64,000 nucleotides of DNA from an uncultured Gemmatimonadales bacterium (lineage in GTDB: Bacteria > Gemmatimonadota > Gemmatimonadetes > Gemmatimonadales > GWC2-71-9): NCBI GenBank assembly GCA_963842945.1, contig CAWJIM010000004.1, forward strand, positions 1-64,000, given 5' to 3'. The notes under the pieces were generated by a model that worked only from the letters and a program-made list of their open reading frames with translations, did no database searches and was not told the origin of the DNA. Shown piece by piece: positions 17,685-26,170 of this stretch (within the stretch, counting starts at the first letter, position 1; each line of letters opens with the position of its first letter). The translations under genes and the position numbers were made by a program.

Positions 17685-20236
17685 CTATCGCTTCCCCAGC
17701 CGCTCCAGCGCAGCGCTGATGTCTGGTTGCAAGTCGAGGAGCTCCCGCAGCGGGTCGCGCTTCAGCGTGTGCATTCGCTCCGAAGCGTTGGCTATGGTGA
17801 AAGCCTTGATGTCCAGCTGCGGAGTTACCTCAGCCCACTGGAGTGGCATGGAAACCGGAGCTCCAGGCAGCGGACGCGCGCTGAACGGCGCCACGATGAG
17901 ACGGCCGGCACCGTTCTGCAGGTAGTCGAGATACACCTTTCCCTCTCTGCGGGAAACCTGCCGAGCCAGAGTTGCTATCTCCGGGAGCTCTGCGGCGATG
18001 AGTCGGGCGAGCAGCTCCCCCAGAGTGCGGGCATGATCGTGCAGGCACTGGCCGCCGAGCGGGATCATGAGGTGGAGACCGGAGGAGCCGCTGGTCTTGA
18101 CCAGGCAAGGCAGCCCGATCTCCTGGCACAGCGCGTGTGCCACCTCAGCCACGCTCACCACATCGGTGAACGGGGCGCCTTTGGGGTCGAGGTCGAGCAC
18201 GCACCAGTCGGGATGCTCGATGTCGCCGGTTCTGCTGCTCCATATATGGAGCGGGATGGTGCCCAGGTTCACCAGGTACAGCAGAGAGGCTTCGTCGTCA
18301 CACACGAAATGATCGATCTCACGCTCGGCCTGCTCGCTCCAGCGCCGCTCGGTTCGAATCCACTCGGGAACAAAGCGTGGAGCATCCACTTGAAAGAACG
18401 ACTTTCCGGCAATCCCGTCGGGAAAGCGGGTGAGCACCACCGGCCGATCGGTGAGATACGGCAAAATCCATCGCGACACGTTGCGATAGTACTCGATCAG
18501 GTCGCCCTTGGTGTACCCTTCTTGCGGCCAGAAAACCTTTTTCAGGTTGGTGAACTCGGTTCCGGCCCTGGCCGACCGGTCACTCCGCTCCTCCCTCGAA
18601 GTCGTCTTCACGCGAGCGGGATTGCGCTTGGGTTCAGGCTCTACGTCCCCGCTTCCCCGCATCCCGTCGTCCCCGCCTGCGACGCACTCTTCCGGCTTCT
18701 TGTCGTCCCGGAAGCGGAGGAACACCGGTTGGCGGAGCAGCCCTTCCTCCGTGCGTTCGGTGTACTCCACCTCGCAGACCAGTCGAGCCTCTACCCACCG
18801 GGTGGCGTCGCCCTGAGGCAACGGCCCGGAACACGGCGCATCCTTGCGAAGGAGCGACTGCAGAGTCTTCCGGACATCGGATAACTGCTTTTCACTGAAG
18901 CCGCTGCCGGCCCGCCCGCTGTATCGAAGCTCGCCATTGTGGTAGGTCCCGAGATACAGGGCACCGAATCCACTCCGACTTCCTTTGGGCTCGGTGAATC
19001 CCACCACCACGAAATCTTCGGTGCGCCGGGTTCTGATTTTGATCCAGGCGGGAGACCTGCCGCTCTTGTACGGCGAATCGCCTCGTTTGGCCACGATCCC
19101 TTCGAGCCCGAGCTTCTGAACCTGCTGGTAGAGCACGACGCCCTCGTCCTCGAAGTGATCCAGGTACCTGATCACGCCGGCAGCCGGCGCCACCCGCTGG
19201 AGCAGCCGTTTTCTGGTAGATAACGGCAGCACGCGAAGATCGAAGCCATCGAAGGCCAGCAGATCGAAGGCGTAGAATGTTACCGGGTAGTCCACCACGG
19301 CGTGGCGAATGTCGAGCGCTCTCCGAAGCTGGGCGCGTTGCTGCAGGCGCTGAAAGTTGGGGCGACCGCGGTCGTCGAGCGCCACCAGCTCGCCGTCGAG
19401 CAGCACTCGCTCGAATGGCAGCGCCTTGAGCGCATGCAGGATCTCAGGGAAGCAGGCCGACAGATCGTTGCCGTTCCGGGACAGCAGCCGCGCAGTCTGG
19501 TCTCGGGACGCCAAGGTGCGGTAGCCGTCGAGCTTGAGCTCGAAGAGCCATCCCGGAGCGTTGAACGGCTTCTCCTGCGCCTCCGCCAGCATGGGACGAA
19601 GCGTGGCGGCAGCCACCTCTCGCTGGAGCACGCCCAACTGCGTGAGCTCCCCCCGGATATCCTGGGCCGGAGTTCTCCCTGCTTTGAGATCCTCGACAGT
19701 CAGACCGGACAGAACAGATTGCTCGGAGAGACTTCCCGTAGAGGCGGTGAACCCGTCACGCTCCTTGATGAAGAGCCACTCGTTCTCGCCTTTCTTCAGC
19801 TTTACCAGAGTCCAGACCCCTCGAAGCTTGATCCCCTGGAGCTCGAACAGGAGCTTGCCTTTGGTCAGGCCCTCGATCGGATCTTCCAGCGGAACCCACC
19901 GACCCCGGTCCCATACGATCACCGCACCGGCGCCATAGTTGCCCTGCCGGAATCAAGCCCTTCGAAATCACCGTACTCCAGGGGATGATCCTCCACCAGC
20001 ACGGCGAGCCGCTTGTCGGCTGAGTCGTAGGAGGGCCCCTTGGGGACGGCCCAGGAGCGGAGAACGCCCTCCATTTCCAACCGCAGATCGTAATGAAGCC
20101 GGCGAGCGGCGTGCTTGTGAACTACGAACAGTCCTCCGGCTTCCGACCGCTCGCGGACGGAACCGGGAGGTTCCGGCGTACGCTCGAGTGAACGCTTGGC
20201 GCGATAGGGCGAAAGGCGATCAGGTGACGATGGCAT
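17685..20236 (-). CDS. ligD: NHEJ DNA ligase D (phosphoesterase-ligase-polymerase); indels near 19940-19960
   Basis: PE domain [18 protein letters not shown]...SWAVPKGPS...VEDHPLEY; ligase [19 protein letters not shown]; polymerase [27 protein letters not shown]. Confidence 0.93.
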
Positions 20237-20394
20237 GGAGGAAAGTTAAGAGACTCGCCGCGCGATGCGTGAGGCGTACGCGCGACACGCTGGATGTCGA
20301 TGACCTCGGCAACTGCCTGAGACGCAATTAGTTCACTGCTCGTTTCAGCGGCCTCTCCTTGCGGGCTCCCGATTTGCAGCGTATATGGGTGCCA

Positions 20395-21273
20395 ATGCCA
20401 CCAAGATCAATCGGAAACGCCACCATCTCCTTCGGGCTGGTCTCCGTCCCGGTGTCGCTGTATTCCGCCAGCGAGTCGTCAGCGACGGTAAGCTTCAACA
20501 TGCTGCACAAGTCCTGCGGCAGCCGGCTGAAGCAGCAATACGTCTGCTCCAAAGAAGGCGGCATCGTGGAGAAGGACGACATCTCCAAGGGCTACGAGTT
20601 TGCGAAGGGTCAGTACGTCACCTTTACTCCCGAAGAGATCAAGGCCCTCGACGAGAAGGCCACCAATTCCATCGATATCGCCGAGTTCGTGCCGCTCAAC
20701 GCGGTAGACCGGATGTATCTCGACAAGGTCTACTATCTCGGCCCCGACAAGGGTGGAGATCGGGCATACCGGCTGTTGGGCGAAGCACTGAAGGCCACCG
20801 GCCGTGCGGCCCTCGGGCAGTACTCAGCTCGAGGCAAGCAACACCTGGTGCTGGTTCGTCCCTTGGACGGCGTGCTGGTGATGGAGCAGCTGCATTACGC
20901 CGGCGACCTCAAGCCGGTCGCCGAGGTTCCCCACCCGGAGACGCCGGTCAAGGAAGCGGAGCTCACGCTGGCACGGCAGCTGATCGAGCAGTCTTCCACC
21001 GACGAATTCCGGCCGGAGAATTATCACGACACGGTGCGGGAGCGGGTGCTCGAGGCAATTCAGCGCAAGGTCGAAGGCCAGGAGATCACGGCGGACGCTG
21101 CCCCGCCTGAGACCAAGATCATCGACCTGATGGATGCCTTGAAGGCCAGTCTGGCCAAGAAGGGCGCGAGCACCGATGAAATGAAGCCCGCCAAGCGGGC
21201 TCCCTCCAAGTCCGAAGAGTCCGAAGAGTCCGAAGCCGCTCCCAGGAAGAGGAAGGCGGGGGGACGGGGGTAG
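20395..21273 (+). CDS. ku: NHEJ end-binding protein Ku
   Basis: RSIGNATISFGLVSVPVSLYSA, KGYEF, YYLGPD, IIDLMDALKASL, basic tail. Confidence 0.95.
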   Translation: MPPRSIGNATISFGLVSVPVSLYSASESSATVSFNMLHKSCGSRLKQQYVCSKEGGIVEKDDISKGYEFAKGQYVTFTPEEIKALDEKATNSIDIAEFVPLNAVDRMYLDKVYYLGPDKGGDRAYRLLGEALKATGRAALGQYSARGKQHLVLVRPLDGVLVMEQLHYAGDLKPVAEVPHPETPVKEAELTLARQLIEQSSTDEFRPENYHDTVRERVLEAIQRKVEGQEITADAAPPETKIIDLMDALKASLAKKGASTDEMKPAKRAPSKSEESEESEAAPRKRKAGGRG

Positions 21274-21310
21274 TTCTCCATCGAGCCGAAGTGTCGTAAA
21301 TTGTTGGCTC

Positions 21311-22138
21311 ATGGAGTCCTTCTCCACTCGCGACGTGGCCCGTTTGCTGGGCCTGTCCGAGACTCAAGTTCGGTCCCAGGCTCGGGCGGGCTTCCTCACT
21401 CCTGAGCGGGGCCCCCGCAACGGCTACCGCTTCTCCTTTCAAGATCTGGTGCTTCTCCGCACCGCCCGTGAGCTCGCCCAGGCGAGAATTCCGCTTCGGC
21501 GGATCCGCACTGCCCTGTGCGGGCTCGCCCGTGATCTCCCCCGTGGCCGTTCTCTCAGCGAAATCCGTATCGTTGCGGATGGGGACAGCGTCCTGGTCCA
21601 CGAGGGCGGAACCGCGTGGAACCCGGAATCGGGTCAGCTCCACATCGACTTCGCAGGAACGGCTCCGAAAGGCCCGGCAGCGCGCGCGGCCAAGTCTCTG
21701 GCGCCCCACCCTCGGCCCAAGCACCAGGGTCTCGGCGCCTGGGAGTTGTTCGACCTGGCGCTGGAGCTCGAGCTCAGCGATCCGGCGGCGGCGTTCCGGA
21801 CCTACAGTGAGGCGCTGGCGAAGGATCCGCATCTCTCGGATGCGCACGTCAATCTCGGTCGCCTGCTGCAGCTGGCCGGCCGCACCGGCGAAGCCATCGA
21901 GCATTACCTCTCGGCCATCCGGGCAGGGAGCACCGATCCCACTGCCCCGTTCAACCTGGGTACCGCGTTGGAGGAGTTGGGTCGCTGGCGCGACGCCTTG
22001 GCAGCCTATCAGCAGGCCATCGACACCGAAGCCAGCTTCGCCGATGCCCACTTCAACCTGGCCCGCCTCTCTGACCAGCTCGGACGTCGGGCTGAAGCCA
22101 TTCGTCATCTGCGGGCGTACAAGCGGCTGGTGGAGTGA
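21311..22138 (+). CDS. MerR-type HTH protein with C-terminal TPR repeats
   Basis: FSTRDVARLLGLSETQVRS...YRFSFQDLVLLRTA; TPR motifs DAHVNLGRLL, FNLGTALEELG, DAHFNLARL. Confidence 0.8.
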   Translation: MESFSTRDVARLLGLSETQVRSQARAGFLTPERGPRNGYRFSFQDLVLLRTARELAQARIPLRRIRTALCGLARDLPRGRSLSEIRIVADGDSVLVHEGGTAWNPESGQLHIDFAGTAPKGPAARAAKSLAPHPRPKHQGLGAWELFDLALELELSDPAAAFRTYSEALAKDPHLSDAHVNLGRLLQLAGRTGEAIEHYLSAIRAGSTDPTAPFNLGTALEELGRWRDALAAYQQAIDTEASFADAHFNLARLSDQLGRRAEAIRHLRAYKRLVE

Positions 22139-22259
22139 GTCGGGAGTCGGGAGTCGGGAGCAAAGCTGGAGTCTGAACCGGGACGGTGAGTCATTTAAGG
22201 CCACCAGTCGCTGCCCCTAGCCTGAGCGCAAGCTCCCGACTCCCGACTCCCGACTCACT
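22134..22259. repeat. Perfect 28-bp inverted repeat made of GGGAGTC heptamers, 70-nt spacer
   Basis: AGTGAGTCGGGAGTCGGGAGTCGGGAGC (22134-22161) and its exact reverse complement (22232-22259). Confidence 0.92.
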
Positions 22260-22260
22260 A

Positions 22261-22969
22261 ATGAACTTCCACATCGGCACCAGCGGCTGGTCCTACAAGG
22301 AATGGAAAGGGAGCTTCTATCCCCCGAAAATCCGCCCCGACGAGATGTTGCCGTACTACGCCGCGCGATTCTCCACCGTCGAGGTAAACAATTCCTTCTA
22401 TCGCATCCCCTCCGATCGAGTGCTTGCCTCGTGGGCCGGCCTGGTTCCGCCCCGAATTTCGCTTCGTCATGAAGGCCTCCCGTCGAATAACCCACAACGG
22501 TCGTCTCAAGAATGAGGACGGGTCGCTCGAGTACTTCCTACAGGCGGTGAACCCCCTCGGGCAACGGCTGGGGCCTACTCTTTTCCAGCTCCCACCCACG
22601 TTCAAGAAGGACGCAGGCAGGCTGCAGAGTTTCTTGAGCCGATTGCCCCGGCGGTGGCCCGCGGCGATGGAGTTCCGGCACCAGTCCTGGTTCGACGAAG
22701 AGGTCTACCAGTTGCTCCGCGACCGGGATGTAGCACTGGTGGCGGTTGATGAGGATGAAGGAGAGGGGACTCCGCTGGTTCCGACCGCCGGGTGGGGCTA
22801 CCTGCGACTTCGCCGTATCGGCTATGACGCCGCGCAGTTGAGCGCCTGGGCCGCTCGGATCGGAGCCCAGCCGTGGCACGAGGCCTATGTCTTTCTCAAG
22901 CATGAAGAAGGAAGTCCTACCGGACCCGCCGCCGCCGAGGAGCTTCAGGGAATCGTACGGCAGCTCTGA
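22261..22969 (+). CDS. DUF72 (YecE-like) TIM-barrel protein; indel near 22452
   Basis: IGTSGWSYKEWKGSFYP, VEVNNSFYR, FRFVMKASRRITH, LGPTLFQLPP, EFRHQSW, YLRLR. Confidence 0.88.
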
Positions 22970-23057
22970 TTGAGTGACGAGGATCACGACCCCTCCTGTC
23001 CCGTTGCGCTAGTCTACGAGTCCTTGGACTCAGGGTATCTCAACCAAGGAGGATAGG

Positions 23058-23405
23058 ATGGCGCAGAATAAAACCTGGACCGATGAAGACAATTGGTGGC
23101 GCAACAACTTCTCGTCGCGCCCCTACGCCACCGGGCGGAACTACGAAGACTTCCGTCCCGCGTACCAGTACGGCTTCGAGTCCGGCCAGCACCATGTGGG
23201 CCGGAAGTGGAACGATGTGGAGACGGATCTGCGCACAGGGTGGGAAAAGTTCGAAGGAAAGAAGGGAGCAGGCGGGACTTGGGAGAGCGTCAAGGATGCA
23301 GTCAAGGACGCCTGGCACCGAATCACCGGCCAGCACGACCTAGACACCGACAAGATGGCCGAGTTTGAAGAGGATCGGATCGGTCGAGGCGGCAGAACGT
23401 TTTAG
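23058..23405 (+). CDS. Conserved small hypothetical protein (stress-island type)
   Basis: Strong AAGGAGG RBS; RPAYQYG...WNDVETDLRTGWE...WESVKDAVKDAW. Confidence 0.75.
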   Translation: MAQNKTWTDEDNWWRNNFSSRPYATGRNYEDFRPAYQYGFESGQHHVGRKWNDVETDLRTGWEKFEGKKGAGGTWESVKDAVKDAWHRITGQHDLDTDKMAEFEEDRIGRGGRTF

Positions 23406-23619
23406 CGCAAGTTCCGGTAGCAGCAGGTCGGCGGGGTCCGAGGCTGGGTCCAACTGGATCACAGCCCCGGACCCCGCCTGTTTCCGCCGCAGAACCGTGA
23501 TCTGTGACACTGCAGCATCACTGCTATGGACGCTTTTTGTTGACTTCACATGATCGCTCAGTCCCGCCGCATTCGAGCGGCTGGTTCTGGTGACGGTTTG
23601 TCTGCCAAAGGAGCACCAC

Positions 23620-24189
23620 ATGACGACGCCAAACGCCCAAGTCCCAGGCTCCCGAGCCGAGACCTCCGGCCAGCAGTCCGGCGGAAACGCTCGGGACCAG
23701 ATCCGGGACGTGAAGAATCAAGTCGTGGATCAGGCCAAGAACACGTTCCAGCAGGCTCGGGATCGGGCAGGCTCCAGCCTGGGAGAGAGCAAGAACCAGT
23801 TTGCCGACCAGTTCGGCACCATCGCCGACGCGCTGCGGCGCACGACCGAGCACCTCCGCTCCGAGGATCAGCAGCGGATCGCCGGGCTGACCGACACCGT
23901 GGCCCGCCAGGTGGACCAAGTCGCGGATTATCTCCGCAACAAGGATGCGCGGGCCATGCGGCAGGACCTGGAGAATCTGGCCCGTCGGCAGCCGGCCCTC
24001 ATGATCGGAGGCGCGCTGGTGCTCGGCTTGATCGGCGCCCGCTTCATGAAGAGCTCGGAGCGCCGGGGCGGTCGGTTCGGCGATGGGCAGCGGTTCAGCC
24101 GGGACAGGAGCTTCGGATACACCGGCTACAACCAGCCCAATGTCGGCGGTTCCGAGGGCGGATTCGGAGGCGGGTATGCCGGAGCTTAG
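23620..24189 (+). CDS. Hypothetical amphipathic-helix protein with one C-terminal hydrophobic segment (ElaB/YqjD-like end)
   Basis: AAAGGAG RBS; DLENLARRQPALMIGGALVLGLIGARFMKSS. Confidence 0.75.
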   Translation: MTTPNAQVPGSRAETSGQQSGGNARDQIRDVKNQVVDQAKNTFQQARDRAGSSLGESKNQFADQFGTIADALRRTTEHLRSEDQQRIAGLTDTVARQVDQVADYLRNKDARAMRQDLENLARRQPALMIGGALVLGLIGARFMKSSERRGGRFGDGQRFSRDRSFGYTGYNQPNVGGSEGGFGGGYAGA

Positions 24190-24595
24190 GCAAGAGCGGA
24201 GTATTGGGGAGCTTTTCGGTCAGCTCTCCCAGGACATGACGCTGCTGGTCCGGCAAGAGGTCCAGCTCGCCCGCACCGAAATGGCCGAAAAGTTGTCCCG
24301 GCTGACCACCAATCTGATCTCGGTGGGAGCCGGTGGATTTGTCGCCTACCTGGGTGGCCTTGCCCTCATGGCGGCGCTCATCCTGGCGGTCAGGGACCTG
24401 GCGAACATCTCGCTGGCCTGGTCCGCTCTGATCGTCGGCGGAATTCTCGCCATCATCGGTTATGTCATGCTGCAGCGCGGTTTGAAGGAGCTGAAGCGAG
24501 TGGAGCTCGCACCCCGCCGCTCGGTTGAAAACATCAAAGATGACGTCCAGTCCATCAAAGACGACGTCCAATGGGCAAAGGAGCAACGGTCATGA
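24176..24595 (+). CDS. Phage-holin-family (YhjD/DUF1469-like) membrane protein
   Basis: ERSIGELFGQLSQDMTLLVRQEVQLARTEM, two TM helices, APRRSVENIKDD. Confidence 0.85.
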   Translation: MPELRQERSIGELFGQLSQDMTLLVRQEVQLARTEMAEKLSRLTTNLISVGAGGFVAYLGGLALMAALILAVRDLANISLAWSALIVGGILAIIGYVMLQRGLKELKRVELAPRRSVENIKDDVQSIKDDVQWAKEQRS

Positions 24596-25574
24596 GTGAG
24601 TACGAACGGCAGAATCGCGAGCTCGCCTATGAGCCGAAGGCCCAGGAGGTCGGCTCCGACTTCGGCACCCGCGGCGACAAGAGTCCCGAGGAGATCGAGC
24701 GGGACATCGAGCAGACCCGCAGCCGGTTGAGCCGCGACATCGACGAGCTGGGCAACAAGCTGAGCCCCAGCAATCTGAAGGAAGAGGCCAAGAGCGCCAT
24801 CAAGGATGCCGCCCAGGGCGCCGTGTCCAATGTTGGCGAGCAGGCTCGGCGGACCAGCTCCCGGCTGGTAGAAGTGATCCGGGAAAACCCGCTGCCGGTC
24901 ATCGCCGTTGGCGCCGGGGTAACCTGGCTGCTCACCCAGCGCTCCCGCAGCGATGTGTCGGGAGACCGGATGGCGCGGTACGCATACACCGGGCCCGAGC
25001 GCCGTCAGGGTCGGAGCTGGCAGAGCGGCTCCGGTGTACGTGGCAAGGTCGGCGGCGCGGTAAGCGGCGTGAAGGATTCGGTCAGCGAAGCGGCCGGCGG
25101 AGTAGCCGAGCGCGCCAGCGAGCTCAAGGAGCGCGCGGGGGAGCGGATCGACGAAATCAGCGGTCAAGCGCGCTGGCAGACCCAACGGATCAAGACCAAT
25201 TTGGAGCACGCGGCTGAGGAAAATCCGCTGGCCATCGGCTATCGGTGCGGCGATCGTAGGTCTGGCGTTAGGGTTGCTGCTGCCCGGGCACCCAGCGGGA
25301 GAGACGAGATCATGGGCTCGGCCCGGGATCAGTTGGTCGATCGCGCCGGAGGAAACCGTAGAGCGGGCCAAGGACGCCGCAGTTGAGGCCGGCCAGCGAG
25401 GTGAAGGAAACGGTTAAGGCCGAGATCGAGGAGCACAAGCCGGAGATCAAGGAAGTGGTGCAGCAGGCAGGTCAGCACGTGAAGGAGCAGGTCAAGGAAG
25501 GCGCCAAAAAGGTAAAGAACGAGGCCAAGGATGCGGCCAAAAAGTCGGGAAACACTCCCAGGAGCAACTCATGA
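24592..25574 (+). CDS. DUF3618-domain protein, LEA-like; indels around 25240-25380
   Basis: SPEEIERDIEQTRSRLSRDIDELGNKLSP, two ENPL-hydrophobic segments. The last frame ends overlapping the next ATG. Confidence 0.75.
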
Positions 25575-26090
25575 GTCTCGACTCGCTGGAAAAGCTCTTC
25601 ATCGAGGAGCTAAAGGACGTATACAACGCGGAGAAGCAGATCTTGCAGGGCGCTGCCGAAGATGGCGAAGGCCGCCGAGTCACGAGAGCTGCAGCAGGCG
25701 TTCACCAAGCACCTGAAGGAAACCGAGGGACAGGTTCAGCGGCTGGAGCAGATCTTCCAGGAGCTGGGTCAGTCCGCCCGGGGCAAGACCTGCAAGGGTA
25801 TGCAGGGGCTGCTCGAGGAAGGTAAAGAGGTCATGGAGGAGGAGGGCGAAGGTGCGGTCATCGACGCGGCGCTGATCGCCTCGGCTCAGCGAGTCGAGCA
25901 CTACGAGATCGCCGCTTACGGCTGTCTCCGCACCTACGCCCAGTTGCTGGGGATGGACCAGGCCGTGCAGTTGCTGCAGCAGACACTGGAAGAGGAAGAG
26001 GCCACCGACAAGACTCTGACTCAGCTGGGCGAGTCGGGCATCAACGAAGCGGCCGCCGCCGCTGGAGTCGGAGCGGAAGACGAGGAGTAA
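25571..26090 (+). CDS. Ferritin-like DUF892 (YciE/YciF) stress protein; indel near 25648
   Basis: LFIEELKDVYNAEKQI, HLKETEGQVQRLE, TCKGMQGL, AQRVEHYEIAAYG, TLEEEEATDKTLT. Confidence 0.9.
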
Positions 26091-26126
26091 GGATTCAGCG
26101 GTTCAGCAACAATAGATCAGCAGCAA

Positions 26127-26156
26127 AAAAGGCCCGGGATCGCTCCCGGGCCTTTT
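26127..26156. terminator. Bidirectional intrinsic terminator
   Basis: AAAAGGCCCGGGA-tcgc-TCCCGGGCCTTTT between convergent genes. Confidence 0.85.
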
Positions 26157-26170
26157 CACGAGTTGCCGGC

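Noticed and set aside
21210..21236. 9-nt tandem repeat TCCGAAGAG in the ku tail
   Set aside because: In-frame low-complexity SEE repeat in a tail that is known to be variable.
22134..22259. Possible CRISPR array or IS ends
   Set aside because: The repeats are inverted and heptameric with no repeat-spacer series. There is no cas or transposase gene in the window.
24533..24570. 21-nt-period near-duplication (IKDDVQS/IKDDVQW)
   Set aside because: Small in-frame duplication with no sign of further significance.
24176..24595. Holin as evidence of a prophage
   Set aside because: This holin-like family sits in a cellular stress operon with DUF3618. No capsid, terminase, integrase or endolysin genes are present.
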